A DNA stretch of 64,000 nt, from the NCBI GenBank assembly GCA_044354225.1, contig JBILAM010000001.1, forward strand, positions 579 through 64,578. Direction: 5' to 3'. The translations under genes were made by a program, and so were the position numbers. Positions 13,177 to 22,400 of this stretch are shown in pieces. The stretch's first letter is position 1. The number at the start of each line of letters is the position of its first letter. This stretch comes from Candidatus Planktophila sp. (lineage in GTDB: Bacteria > Actinomycetota > Actinomycetes > Nanopelagicales > Nanopelagicaceae). Below the pieces are notes generated by a model that was given only the letters and a program-made list of their open reading frames with translations, was not told the DNA's origin and did not search any database.

Positions 13177-14075
13177 CAGCTATTGATTGCGGCACCAACT
13201 CAATTCGCTTACTGATTGCCGATATCGATGGTGCTCACTTTCGCGAGATCCATCGCGAGATGGAGATTGTTCGCCTTGGCCAAGGCGTTGATAAGACTGG
13301 GCAATTTCACCCCGATGCAATCCTGCGCACACTTGCCGCCGTTGATAAGTTTGCAATCGAGATAGCAAAGCGTGGAGTGGAAAAGATTCGGTTCTGTGCC
13401 ACCAGTGCAACGCGCGATGCAACAAATAGAGAGTTATTTATTGATGGAGTCAGAGAACGACTTGGTATTGCACCGGAAGTGATTCCTGGCGAAGTAGAGG
13501 CAGCACTTTCCTTCCAGGGTGCCACACGAGATTTCCCAGCCACAGACGGTCCCTTTCTTGTCATCGATATCGGCGGTGGCTCTACCGAGTTTGTCTTTGG
13601 CACCACCACAGTGGAATTTGCAAAGAGTATGAACATTGGTTGTGTGAGAATGACAGAACGCCACTTCACCGGCGGAGATGCTGACCCCGGCCAGATTGCG
13701 GCAGCAATTGAAGATATCGATGAGGCGATTGCCCAAGCTGCCAAGATTGTTCCCATTACTAAATCAAGGACCTTGATTGCAGTAGCTGGCACGGCAACCA
13801 CTGTTGCAGCTGCAGCACTTGAGCTAAGCGCCTATGACAGATATTCAATTCACCTTTCAAGAATCTCGGCCGAGAAAGTTCATGCTGTTTCAAAGGCGTT
13901 CCTATCTATGAAGCGCGAAGATCGCGAAGCACTTGTATATATGCACCCTGGCCGCGTTGATGTCATTGGCGCGGGTTCACTTGTTCTTTCGCGCATCATG
14001 CTGGCAACTGGCGCTACAGAATTTGTGGCATCAGAGTCAGATATTCTGGATGGAATGGCTTGGTCACTTGTATAA
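13167..14075 (+). CDS. Ppx/GppA family exopolyphosphatase
   Basis: AIDCGTNSIRL, ATSATRDA, DIGGGSTE and SESDILDG motifs; start at MRVAA. Confidence 0.93.
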   Translation: MRVAAIDCGTNSIRLLIADIDGAHFREIHREMEIVRLGQGVDKTGQFHPDAILRTLAAVDKFAIEIAKRGVEKIRFCATSATRDATNRELFIDGVRERLGIAPEVIPGEVEAALSFQGATRDFPATDGPFLVIDIGGGSTEFVFGTTTVEFAKSMNIGCVRMTERHFTGGDADPGQIAAAIEDIDEAIAQAAKIVPITKSRTLIAVAGTATTVAAAALELSAYDRYSIHLSRISAEKVHAVSKAFLSMKREDREALVYMHPGRVDVIGAGSLVLSRIMLATGATEFVASESDILDGMAWSLV

Positions 14076-14763
14076 GTCGATTGAGTTACTTGATCAGGCA
14101 ATCATTAAGTGCCGCAAATGCCCTCGCTTAGTTCAGTGGCGAGAAGAAGTAGCGGTCACTAAACGTAAATCATATGAAAACGAAAAATACTGGGGCAAGG
14201 CGGTTCCAGGTTTTGGTTCAACTAGGCCAAAGATGCTTATCGTTGGACTCGCCCCCGGTGCCCATGGTGCTAACCGCACCGGACGTATTTTCACCGGTGA
14301 CTCATCCGGTGATTGGCTCTATGGCTCACTGCATCGCATTGGCATTGCAAAGATTGCCACATCGACATCGCGCGATGATGGCCAAGTGCTTAAAGAGACT
14401 CGAATCTCGATGGCGGTGCGTTGTGCTCCACCTGAAAATAAACCCACTACCGAAGAGCGTGACACATGTGCACCATATTTTGAAAACGAACTACAACTCA
14501 TTGCTCCATCGGTTAGATCCTTTGTTGCACTCGGCAACTTTGGCTGGCAGGTATTAATCAAGTCACTAAAGGCTCAAGGACACGAAATTCCCACAACCAA
14601 GTTTGGACATGGATCCACGATTAAGTATTCACATAACAAGACTGACTACTTAATCATTGGTAGTTACCACCCAAGTCAACAGAACACTTTCACCGGCAAA
14701 CTAACCAAGCCAATGCTCGATTCAGTGTTGAAGAAAGCGGCTAAGTTCGCGGGCATTAGTTAA
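14068..14763 (+). CDS. Uracil-DNA glycosylase, family 5 (UdgB-like, Fe-S)
   Basis: CRKCPRL, GLAPGAHGANRTGR, RCAPPENKP and YHPSQQN motifs. Probable TTG start at 14068 overlapping the ppx stop. Confidence 0.9.
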   Translation: MYKSIELLDQAIIKCRKCPRLVQWREEVAVTKRKSYENEKYWGKAVPGFGSTRPKMLIVGLAPGAHGANRTGRIFTGDSSGDWLYGSLHRIGIAKIATSTSRDDGQVLKETRISMAVRCAPPENKPTTEERDTCAPYFENELQLIAPSVRSFVALGNFGWQVLIKSLKAQGHEIPTTKFGHGSTIKYSHNKTDYLIIGSYHPSQQNTFTGKLTKPMLDSVLKKAAKFAGIS

Positions 14764-14795
14764 CTTTTTGCATAGTAGACTGCGCTTTCACATTG

Positions 14796-14868
14796 GCCCC
14801 CATAGTCCAATGGCAGAGACAGAGGACTTAAAATCCTTCCAGTATCGGTTCGAGTCCGATTGGGGGCA
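14796..14868 (+). tRNA. tRNA-Leu(UAA), short variable loop, CCA not encoded
   Basis: Acceptor GCCCCCA/TGGGGGC; anticodon arm GAGGA-CTTAAAA-TCCTT; T arm ATCGG-TTCGAGT-CCGAT. Confidence 0.95.
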
Positions 14869-14886
14869 CAAAATCCTTGAATCCTC

Positions 14887-14920
14887 TTGAAAATCTCCTA
14901 GCGGGAAAGTAAAATTTCCC
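14887..14920 (+). promoter_or_regulatory. Sigma-A-type promoter with overlapping palindromic operator candidate
   Basis: TTGAAA (14887-92), 17 bp, TAAAAT (14910-15). The inverted repeat GGGAAA-N6-TTTCCC (14903-14920) spans the -10. Confidence 0.55.
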
Positions 14921-14949
14921 AATTCAATGGAGAACTAGGAGTTTCAAAA

Positions 14950-15144
14950 ATGATCGCGACCTACTCATGCGCCAAGTGCGAAATGTCAGTTAACGCAAGT
15001 TGTGCAAAGTGCAACCTACCTTTAGTCAATGACTCTCTTGCACTTGCCGATGGCAGCAATGTTCAGATTTCACTTTGCCCAAAGTGCGAGGGAAAGATTA
15101 AGTCTCCGATGTGCTGTGGTTCAGATATGAGCTGCTCGATCTAA
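14950..15144 (+). CDS. Small Cys-rich metal-binding protein (64 aa)
   Basis: Three CxxC motifs plus CCGSDM; SD AGGAG upstream; has its own promoter. Confidence 0.8.
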   Translation: MIATYSCAKCEMSVNASCAKCNLPLVNDSLALADGSNVQISLCPKCEGKIKSPMCCGSDMSCSI

Positions 15145-15170
15145 CGCAAGAAATATTTGTGGGTGAATAA

Positions 15171-16280
15171 ATGAGCAGCAAAGAGCTCTGTCTTTCCATT
15201 CTTGAAAAGTGCAATGTGCCACTTGATTCCAGCGAGCCCTGGAGTATTCATGTAAAGAATGAAAAGCTATGGGATCGAATTACATCTCAACATCAGCTTG
15301 GTCTCGGCGAGGCCTATATGGAAGGTTGGTGGGAGTGCGAGGATATTGTTGAGATGCTCACCAGATTGTTATCTGTGGATGCAACATCCTTTCTCAAGCC
15401 ATCAATTCCGCTTATTGCAAGCACGCTAAAATCTAAGATTGTAAATATGCAGACTAAATCTAAAGCTGCAAAGAATGCCAAGCATCACTACAACATCGGT
15501 AATGATTTATACACAAGAATGCTGGATAGCGAAATGGCCTATAGCTGTGGCTATTGGCAGAATGCAAAGACGTTAGATGAAGCGCAGATTGCAAAGTTTG
15601 ATTTAATCTGTAGAAAGCTAAAGCTGGAAAAAGGCATGACCCTGCTTGATATTGGAAGCGGATGGGGAGGGCTCTTGCGCCATGCGGTGAGAAATTATGG
15701 TGTGATTGCAACCGGAATTTCTCCGGCAGATCAACAGATTCTGCTGGCCCGAGAGAAGTCAGCCGGGCTAAACATTAATTTTGTGCAAATGGATTACCGA
15801 GACCTCACTGGCCGATTCGATCGCATTGTCTCAGTCGGAATGATGGAGCATGTGGGGCCTAAGAACTTCAAAGAGTTCTTTGCAAAGTGCGATGAATTAC
15901 TCGTTGAAGACGGAATCATGTTGCACCACCTGATTTCCAACACCGTGCCCCAGAGTAATACCGACCCATTCTTTAATCGATATATCTTCCCTGGGGGGGT
16001 AATTCCATCTCCTGGGCAGATTACCCAGGCCGCCGAGGGACGTTTTGTCCTGGAGGACACACATAATTTTGGACTCGATTACGAGACCACATTGCTCCAA
16101 TGGCATAAGAACATTAACTCCAAGTGGGATGAGATCCCTCAATACGATCTGCGCTTTAGGCGGATGTGGAATTACTATCTCCTAGCTTCAGCTGCCGGCT
16201 TTAAATCCCGAAATCTGCACCTAAACCAGTATGTTTTCCGTAAAGGTGGCGTGCTCGGACCCTACACACCCGTTCGCTGA
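15171..16280 (+). CDS. cfa: Cyclopropane-fatty-acyl-phospholipid synthase
   Basis: LGLGEAYMEGWW, HYNIGND, MAYSCGYW, LDIGSGWGG, FDRIVSVGMMEHVG and YIFPGG motifs. Confidence 0.93.
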   Translation: MSSKELCLSILEKCNVPLDSSEPWSIHVKNEKLWDRITSQHQLGLGEAYMEGWWECEDIVEMLTRLLSVDATSFLKPSIPLIASTLKSKIVNMQTKSKAAKNAKHHYNIGNDLYTRMLDSEMAYSCGYWQNAKTLDEAQIAKFDLICRKLKLEKGMTLLDIGSGWGGLLRHAVRNYGVIATGISPADQQILLAREKSAGLNINFVQMDYRDLTGRFDRIVSVGMMEHVGPKNFKEFFAKCDELLVEDGIMLHHLISNTVPQSNTDPFFNRYIFPGGVIPSPGQITQAAEGRFVLEDTHNFGLDYETTLLQWHKNINSKWDEIPQYDLRFRRMWNYYLLASAAGFKSRNLHLNQYVFRKGGVLGPYTPVR

Positions 16281-16375
16281 GCGTATTTAGACCTTAAAAC
16301 TGGAAATTTTCTCACTTTGCCGTACGTTATATGTCGTACGAGAGCTCGTTCTCGCACAGATATAAGGAGAAATTA

Positions 16376-17107
16376 ATGCGCAGTTCTAACCCAGTCCTTA
16401 GTGGCCGCGGTTTCGCTCGTATCAAGGGTGATGCAGTCGGCACTCGCGACCTCAACACAATCGAGAGTCGCCCATCATCTGCACCAATGTCTATTGACGA
16501 TGTTGTCATTAAGACAGCAGGGCTCTTTGCTGTACTCGTTACAGTCGGAGCTTTTGCTTGGCGTGCAAATAGTCCAACACTTGCTCTCATCGGATTCATC
16601 GGCGGATTTATCCTCGCGATGGTCAACTCATTTTCTAAAAAGGTTCGCCCACCACTAGTCATTGCTTATGCCGCAGCGCAAGGTTTGGCGCTTGGAACAA
16701 TCAGCCGCCTCTATAACGATTCCTATAATGGAATTGTTGGTCAAGCTGTTGTTGCAACAGCATGCGCCTTCGGTGGAGTTCTCCTGGCATATCGCTCCGG
16801 CAAGATTCGGGTAACCCCAAAGTTCAGTCGCATCATGATGGGCTCACTCATTGGGTATGTCATCTTTGCGGTAGCAACCATCTTCATCGGCTTCCCAGGT
16901 GGAGCCCTCGGTCTACTCATTTCAGTAGGTGGAGTAGCACTTGCATCAATGTTTATCGTGATGGATCTAGATCAGATTGATAAGGCAGTTGCAGCTGGCG
17001 TTCCACAAGAGGAATCATGGCGTTGTGCATTTGGCCTGATGGTTACCTTGGTCTGGCTCTATCTTGAAGTACTGCGATTGATCTCAATTCTTCGCAGTAA
17101 CGATTAA
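16376..17107 (+). CDS. Bax inhibitor-1/YccA family membrane protein
   Basis: MRSSNPVL start, multiple TM helices, AFGLMVTLVWLYLEVLRL C-terminus; SD AAGGAG before ATG 16376. Confidence 0.88.
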   Translation: MRSSNPVLSGRGFARIKGDAVGTRDLNTIESRPSSAPMSIDDVVIKTAGLFAVLVTVGAFAWRANSPTLALIGFIGGFILAMVNSFSKKVRPPLVIAYAAAQGLALGTISRLYNDSYNGIVGQAVVATACAFGGVLLAYRSGKIRVTPKFSRIMMGSLIGYVIFAVATIFIGFPGGALGLLISVGGVALASMFIVMDLDQIDKAVAAGVPQEESWRCAFGLMVTLVWLYLEVLRLISILRSND

Positions 17108-17128
17108 TCAATAGTCAGTAATCAAAAA

Positions 17129-18337
17129 TTACTGAGATTGCCCGAGATGCGAAGACCGCGTCTCGGGCAATTTTATTGATGCAATAACGGCCGCTGCCAT
17201 CATCACGGCGGTAAGCGCGAAAGCTGGTTGATAACCATAAGAATCTGCGATGGCACCAAGGAGCACAGGTGCAACCATCGCTCCGGCATCGGCTGACATT
17301 TGAAATAAGCCAATGACCTGACCGCCCTTACCCTCAATCACATCGCCCACGACGGCCGCAGGAGTAGTTGAAAGGAATGCTCCACCTAAACCGACGATGG
17401 CGCAGCCAAGAAAGAACATCCAGGAGTTCATGGTGAAGACAAGGGTGAGTGCAAAAAGTGCGGTGAGGGAAGTTCCCACAATGAGAGAAAATCTGCGCCC
17501 ATTGATATCTGACATTTTTCCAGCTTTAAGAAGGAAGGCGCCTTGAATCAAGGTGGTTAGCGTGAAACCGAAGCCCATCATGGCCGGAGATATTTTGAGA
17601 TCTTCCACGATAAATAACGGCAAGATGGAACGACTCATACCGAAGAAGGTCCAAGCTGCACAGAAGGAAACAAAGAGTGCGATCCGATATGGCCTTAGCG
17701 CTAGTGCAGATTTGAGAGTGACCACATCATTTTGTTGATCGGCGCTCGGCTTGGCGGCAAGTGCTGAGTGACGCAATAAAATAGCGCCAGATGAGCTGGC
17801 ACCGAGCAGGAATACGCCATAGATCAGCAGTGGAGCACGTAGTGAGAATGCAGAGAGTGCGCCACCTACTGCAGGTCCAGCAATCATTCCCAGCAGAAAG
17901 GTCCCGTTATATAAAGACTGCACGCGGGCGCGATGGTCGTCACCGACTGCTCGAACCAGAATTGAACCCGCTGCAACCGAGAACATAGAAGATCCGATGC
18001 CACCGACTGCGCGAAAAATCAGAAGCTGTTCATAGTTCTGAGCAAGGCCGGCAGCAAATGAAGTTATTGCAACGAAGCCAATTCCAATCGAGTAGACCCA
18101 TCGTTCCCCAAATTGATCCACTAGTTTTCCTGAGAATAAACCTGATGCAAAACGTGCAAAAGCAAAGGTGGAGACGATGGCGCCGACTTGGGCGTGATTT
18201 ACTCCGAATGATCTGGCAAAGAGTGGAATTGTGGGTGCGATGATTCCGAAGCCAACGGCCACAAAGAACGAGGCAAAGACAATGACTCCAACCTCACGCG
18301 GAAACTCCGCAAATGGGTTAGAAAATTTAAATCGCAC
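17129..18337 (-). CDS. MFS transporter
   Basis: About 12 TM helices; motif A-like GKLVDQFGER and GKMSDINGRR. Confidence 0.9.
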   Translation of the reverse strand: MRFKFSNPFAEFPREVGVIVFASFFVAVGFGIIAPTIPLFARSFGVNHAQVGAIVSTFAFARFASGLFSGKLVDQFGERWVYSIGIGFVAITSFAAGLAQNYEQLLIFRAVGGIGSSMFSVAAGSILVRAVGDDHRARVQSLYNGTFLLGMIAGPAVGGALSAFSLRAPLLIYGVFLLGASSSGAILLRHSALAAKPSADQQNDVVTLKSALALRPYRIALFVSFCAAWTFFGMSRSILPLFIVEDLKISPAMMGFGFTLTTLIQGAFLLKAGKMSDINGRRFSLIVGTSLTALFALTLVFTMNSWMFFLGCAIVGLGGAFLSTTPAAVVGDVIEGKGGQVIGLFQMSADAGAMVAPVLLGAIADSYGYQPAFALTAVMMAAAVIASIKLPETRSSHLGQSQ

Positions 18338-18416
18338 CTGCGCAGTCTAATGGACTGTATTTGGCTAGAAGTCATCGAGGTAGATTGTCCATTCTAAAAC
18401 TTGGTAGGTTGGCCTG

Positions 18417-19400
18417 GTGAAATCAGTAACTGCAGAAAACCTCGTTAAAACCTATGACAAAGGAAAAGTTCGAGCACTCGATGGATTGAGCCTGGATGTT
18501 GAAGAAGGCACAGTGCTCAGCGTGCTTGGACCCAATGGAGCAGGTAAAACAACTGTTGTGCGCATTCTGACAACTCTCCTGCGCGCTGATTCTGGAAGTG
18601 CATCAGTTGCTGGCATCGATGTGATGAAAAGCCCTGAGAAAGTACGCGAAGTCATTGGTTTATCGGGTCAATACGCCGCAGTTGATGAGATTCTCACCGG
18701 ATACGACAACTTAGTGATGTTCGGTGAGCTCTATCACTTAGGCAAGAAGAACGCGGTTATCCGTGCAAATGAGCTGCTCGAAAGATTTTCACTCACAGAT
18801 GCAGCCAGGCGCCCGATTAAGACATATTCAGGTGGAATGCGCCGCCGCCTAGATTTAGCAGCATCTCTGATAGTTAAACCAAAAGTTCTCTTCCTCGATG
18901 AACCTACTACCGGCCTTGATCCACGCGGTCGCCAGGAGATGTGGGGAGTTATTCAAGAGTTAGTTAAAGGCGGAGTAACGCTGCTACTGACAACGCAATA
19001 TCTGGAAGAAGCAGATCAATTAGCAGATGACATCGTGGTAATTGATGCCGGAAAAGTAATTGCTCGTGGAACATCAGATGCCTTGAAAAAGCAGGTGGGC
19101 GGAGAACGTCTGGAAGTAGTAGTTGAGCAACAGCATGTGGCAAAGACTCTGGAAATTGTTGGCGCGGTAAGTGATCATAAAGCGAGCCTCGATGAAGGCC
19201 TGCGGTTAATCTCTGCCCCAGTCTCCACTGGCTCAGCCGCCCTCTTTGAAGTCTTGAAATCACTCGATGCCGCCGGGATTCACGCTCTCGATGTTGGCCT
19301 GAAGCGCCCATCACTTGATGATGTATTTCTTTCACTAACTGGCCATGTGGCAGAGGAGAAGAAGGAAGAAGTTGTAGCGAATAAGAGGGGCAGAAAATGA
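18417..19400 (+). CDS. ABC exporter ATP-binding protein (DrrA-like)
   Basis: GPNGAGKTT, YSGGMRRRLD, FLDEPTTGLDP and TTQYLEEAD motifs. Confidence 0.93.
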   Translation: MKSVTAENLVKTYDKGKVRALDGLSLDVEEGTVLSVLGPNGAGKTTVVRILTTLLRADSGSASVAGIDVMKSPEKVREVIGLSGQYAAVDEILTGYDNLVMFGELYHLGKKNAVIRANELLERFSLTDAARRPIKTYSGGMRRRLDLAASLIVKPKVLFLDEPTTGLDPRGRQEMWGVIQELVKGGVTLLLTTQYLEEADQLADDIVVIDAGKVIARGTSDALKKQVGGERLEVVVEQQHVAKTLEIVGAVSDHKASLDEGLRLISAPVSTGSAALFEVLKSLDAAGIHALDVGLKRPSLDDVFLSLTGHVAEEKKEEVVANKRGRK

Positions 19401-20188
19401 GTGCAATAAACGATGTAGCAATTATTACTCGCAGACAATTACTGCTGCTTAGTCGCGTACCTGAAGTTCTCATCTTCTCAACAATTCAGCCGGTGATGTT
19501 CGTACTTCTCTTCCGCTACGTATTTGGTGGCTCGATTGATACTGGTCAACCTGGTGGTTATGTGCAGTTATTGATGCCCGGCATCTTTGTGCAAACAGTT
19601 GCTTTTACCTTAGCTGGTACCGCTTCTGGCCTAGCCGAAGATATGAAGAAGGGGTTAATTGATCGCTTTAGATCACTGCCTATCTCACAATCAGCACTAG
19701 TCATTGGTCGCACATTGGGAGATTCACTTCTTAACATCGTGGTGCTGGCCGTGATGGGTATTGCAGGTTATGTGGTCGGCTGGCGCCCCTCTAGTGGAAT
19801 AGGCAGCATTGCCCTCGGTTTTATCTTCTTACTTTTCTTTGGTTACGCACTCTCGTGGGTAGGAGTCCTGGTTGGGCTCTCCGCATCTGATGCGCGGGTG
19901 GTGCAAAACGTCAGCTTCATCGTGACCTTCCCACTCACCTTCTTATCGAATGCCTTTGCGCCCACAACCGGAATGCCGCGCGCCCTGCAGTACTTTGCAG
20001 AGTGGAATCCAGTCTCGACTATGGTAGCTGCCTGCCGCGAACTCTTTGGCCTGGAGAATCAATTTGGCGCAACTGCTGGTTCTTTTCCCAGTGAGAACCC
20101 ACTGATAACTTCACTTATTTACATGATTATCATTATGGTGATATTTATTCCGCTCAGCGTTCGTAAATATCGCAACTACGCAGATTAA
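19397..20188 (+). CDS. ABC-2 type permease (DrrB-like)
   Basis: Six TM helices, GLIDRFRSLPI and FAEWNPVS; overlaps the ATPase stop. Confidence 0.92.
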   Translation: MSAINDVAIITRRQLLLLSRVPEVLIFSTIQPVMFVLLFRYVFGGSIDTGQPGGYVQLLMPGIFVQTVAFTLAGTASGLAEDMKKGLIDRFRSLPISQSALVIGRTLGDSLLNIVVLAVMGIAGYVVGWRPSSGIGSIALGFIFLLFFGYALSWVGVLVGLSASDARVVQNVSFIVTFPLTFLSNAFAPTTGMPRALQYFAEWNPVSTMVAACRELFGLENQFGATAGSFPSENPLITSLIYMIIIMVIFIPLSVRKYRNYAD

Positions 20189-20664
20189 CTATAAAACTCG
20201 GCGCTCTTAATCTCGACCTTGATATCGCGGCCATTTGGCGCGGTATATGAAACGGTAGATCCAATTTCTGCGCCCAATACAGCTGCTCCCAGTGGTGATT
20301 TCTCGGAATACACATCGAGATCACCGGATGCGATTTCGCGCGAACCAAGTAAGAATTTCATCTCATCGCCGGCAATAGCTGCAGTAACAACCATGCCTGC
20401 TCCCACTTTTCCATCAGCGCTCGCCGGCGGCGTTCCGATATGAGCATTTTCTAACATCTGCTTTATCTGGCGAATGCGCGCTTCCATCTTTCCTTGTTCA
20501 TCGCGAGCTGCGTGATAGCCGCCGTTTTCTTTCAAATCTCCTTCGGCGCGAGCTGCCTCAATCTTGCCGGTAATTTCTTTGCGCCCTGGACCTTCTAGGC
20601 TCGCCAGTTCAGCAGCTAACCGATCAGCTGCTTCTTGGGTAAGCCAGGTCTGTTGCGCAGTCAT
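20185..20664 (-). CDS. greA: Transcription elongation factor GreA
   Basis: TWLTQEA, EGDLKENGGYHAA and YSEKSPLG motifs; start at MTAQQ. Confidence 0.96.
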   Translation of the reverse strand: MTAQQTWLTQEAADRLAAELASLEGPGRKEITGKIEAARAEGDLKENGGYHAARDEQGKMEARIRQIKQMLENAHIGTPPASADGKVGAGMVVTAAIAGDEMKFLLGSREIASGDLDVYSEKSPLGAAVLGAEIGSTVSYTAPNGRDIKVEIKSAEFYS

Positions 20665-20675
20665 AGAGGGCAATC

Positions 20676-21071
20676 CTAGGGCAGAGTGCGACAACGTGAA
20701 ATGCCCACATTGACCGCATCTGCGCGGGTAGGAACGACATATGTGGGCTCAAGATAGGTTTCGCCAGCTGCGATAGTGATATCAATTTGTCCCACGACGT
20801 TCTTCTCATAATCGCGCGCAACGAGTGTGCATTGAACTTCTTGCGCACCATCGGCTCTTTCCACCAAGAATCGTATTTCCGGGTTACGCGGATCGGTATT
20901 GGAAAATGCAATAAGTTCATAACGAAGCGCAGGGTTAGCTTGATGCAGGCCCGCCCACAGTAACCACGCTCCGCCAACAATTGCGAAGCCAGCTGCATAC
21001 TTCACCCACGCGCGGGCAGGAGCGATTCCATATCGATCGTTAAAATCGAATTGGTCGTTTTCTACTGGCAT
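20676..21071 (-). CDS. DUF4307 family membrane-anchored protein
   Basis: RYG motif, one TM helix, Cys pair; standard neighbour of greA in actinobacteria. Confidence 0.75.
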   Translation of the reverse strand: MPVENDQFDFNDRYGIAPARAWVKYAAGFAIVGGAWLLWAGLHQANPALRYELIAFSNTDPRNPEIRFLVERADGAQEVQCTLVARDYEKNVVGQIDITIAAGETYLEPTYVVPTRADAVNVGISRCRTLP

Positions 21072-21085
21072 GGGAGAATCTTCTC

Positions 21086-21238
21086 ATGGCAAAAGACGTT
21101 GAAGTAGGTGTCGCTGGCTCTCTGACAATGATCGCCCTTTTCTCGACCGTCGCGTTTTTGCTCCGTAATTTCTATAAGCGCTATGCCCGTATGCAAGAAC
21201 GTGAGCAGCTACGCCAGGAGAATGAGGGCGAGCATTAA
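21086..21238 (+). CDS. Small single-TM membrane protein (50 aa; missing from the ORF track)
   Basis: MAKDVEVGVAGSLTMIALFSTVAFLLRNFYKRYARMQEREQLRQENEGEH*. It fills the gap and overlaps the SURF1 start. Confidence 0.7.
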   Translation: MAKDVEVGVAGSLTMIALFSTVAFLLRNFYKRYARMQEREQLRQENEGEH

Positions 21239-21935
21239 GAAGTCTGCAATCCAGCGACTGGGTGAAGCTCTGCTCGTTCTTTTTCTGGTGACTATTTTGA
21301 TTGGACTTGGGCTCTGGCAGTTAGATCGTGCCAATGAAATGAGCAATCCCACGGTGGCACCGATTGATAGCAGAATTTATCCGCTGACAGAGCTAGCAAC
21401 TCCTACTGGAACAATCCCTGCAACAAGTGTTGGCAAGCAAGTGCGCACATCTGGTAACTACATCGCCAACTACAAAGCCCCCAATCAAATTGATGGCAAT
21501 GGCAAAGTTGCTGACTGGGAAGTAGCGCTGCTGCAAAACGAGACAGATACCGCAATTCTTGTGGTGCGCGGGCTTTGGAAAGAGCGGTTGCAATCACCAG
21601 AAATAGCGATGTCAACCAAGGTTGAAATCACTGGCACCGTAATGCCGCGCCAATTTGATGATCGCGCCACAAACACCCCATCTCAGATCTCTCGACTAGA
21701 TAGCAGCCTTCTGGTTTCCGCAACCGACTATCAGCTCTATGACGGTTTCATTCTAGAAAAAAGTGAGCAGACCCGAGACGGTGCTATTACCCGGACCAGA
21801 ATTTTGGCACCCACACTTTCATCGGGTGTGCCCGGCTACTACTGGCAACATATTTCCTATGTGGTTGTGTGGTGGTTTATGGCCGGCCTAGTTTTATATG
21901 CCCCCTTCTATAAGCGCCGCGAAGAAAAGTTATAG
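21222..21935 (+). CDS. SURF1-family protein
   Basis: GLGLWQLDRA, LVVRG and HISYVVVWWFMA motifs with two terminal TM helices. Confidence 0.82.
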   Translation: MRASIKKSAIQRLGEALLVLFLVTILIGLGLWQLDRANEMSNPTVAPIDSRIYPLTELATPTGTIPATSVGKQVRTSGNYIANYKAPNQIDGNGKVADWEVALLQNETDTAILVVRGLWKERLQSPEIAMSTKVEITGTVMPRQFDDRATNTPSQISRLDSSLLVSATDYQLYDGFILEKSEQTRDGAITRTRILAPTLSSGVPGYYWQHISYVVVWWFMAGLVLYAPFYKRREEKL

Positions 21936-21945
21936 AGTTCTACCT

Positions 21946-22269
21946 ATGACGCAACCGACCTCCACAGGGGCACTGACCCGTTTTCGCCTACTAGCTGTGC
22001 TCTGCGGTGTAAATCTGCTCTTGCTCGTCTTTGGCTATATGCCGGCTAAATACATCTTTGATGCACTAGATGAGAACGGTTGGATCATCTTCATTCCGAT
22101 CGCCCACGGCTATCTCTACATTGTCTACATCCTGACCGTCCTTCAAATTGGCGTTCAGAAGCGAATGAAATTCGTGACCATAATTGCCCTGATTGCTGCG
22201 GGAACTCTGCCGGTTGCATCATTTATTGCAGAGCGCCGAATCACGAAGAAATACGGCCCAGCTAGGTAA
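21946..22269 (+). CDS. DUF3817 family membrane protein
   Basis: ALTRFR, IAHGYLYIVY and AGTLPVASFIAERR motifs; usual SURF1 partner. Confidence 0.82.
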   Translation: MTQPTSTGALTRFRLLAVLCGVNLLLLVFGYMPAKYIFDALDENGWIIFIPIAHGYLYIVYILTVLQIGVQKRMKFVTIIALIAAGTLPVASFIAERRITKKYGPAR

Positions 22270-22400
22270 ACGTTGTATTACATCTCAACCATTGATGGCG
22301 TGTCGCACCAATAGTCCATTTCTTTCGTTCTATCTTTTGCAAGTCAGAAGCACCACCCAGTCTCTTCCCCATGATTACAACTACAGAGAATGGTTAGGCC

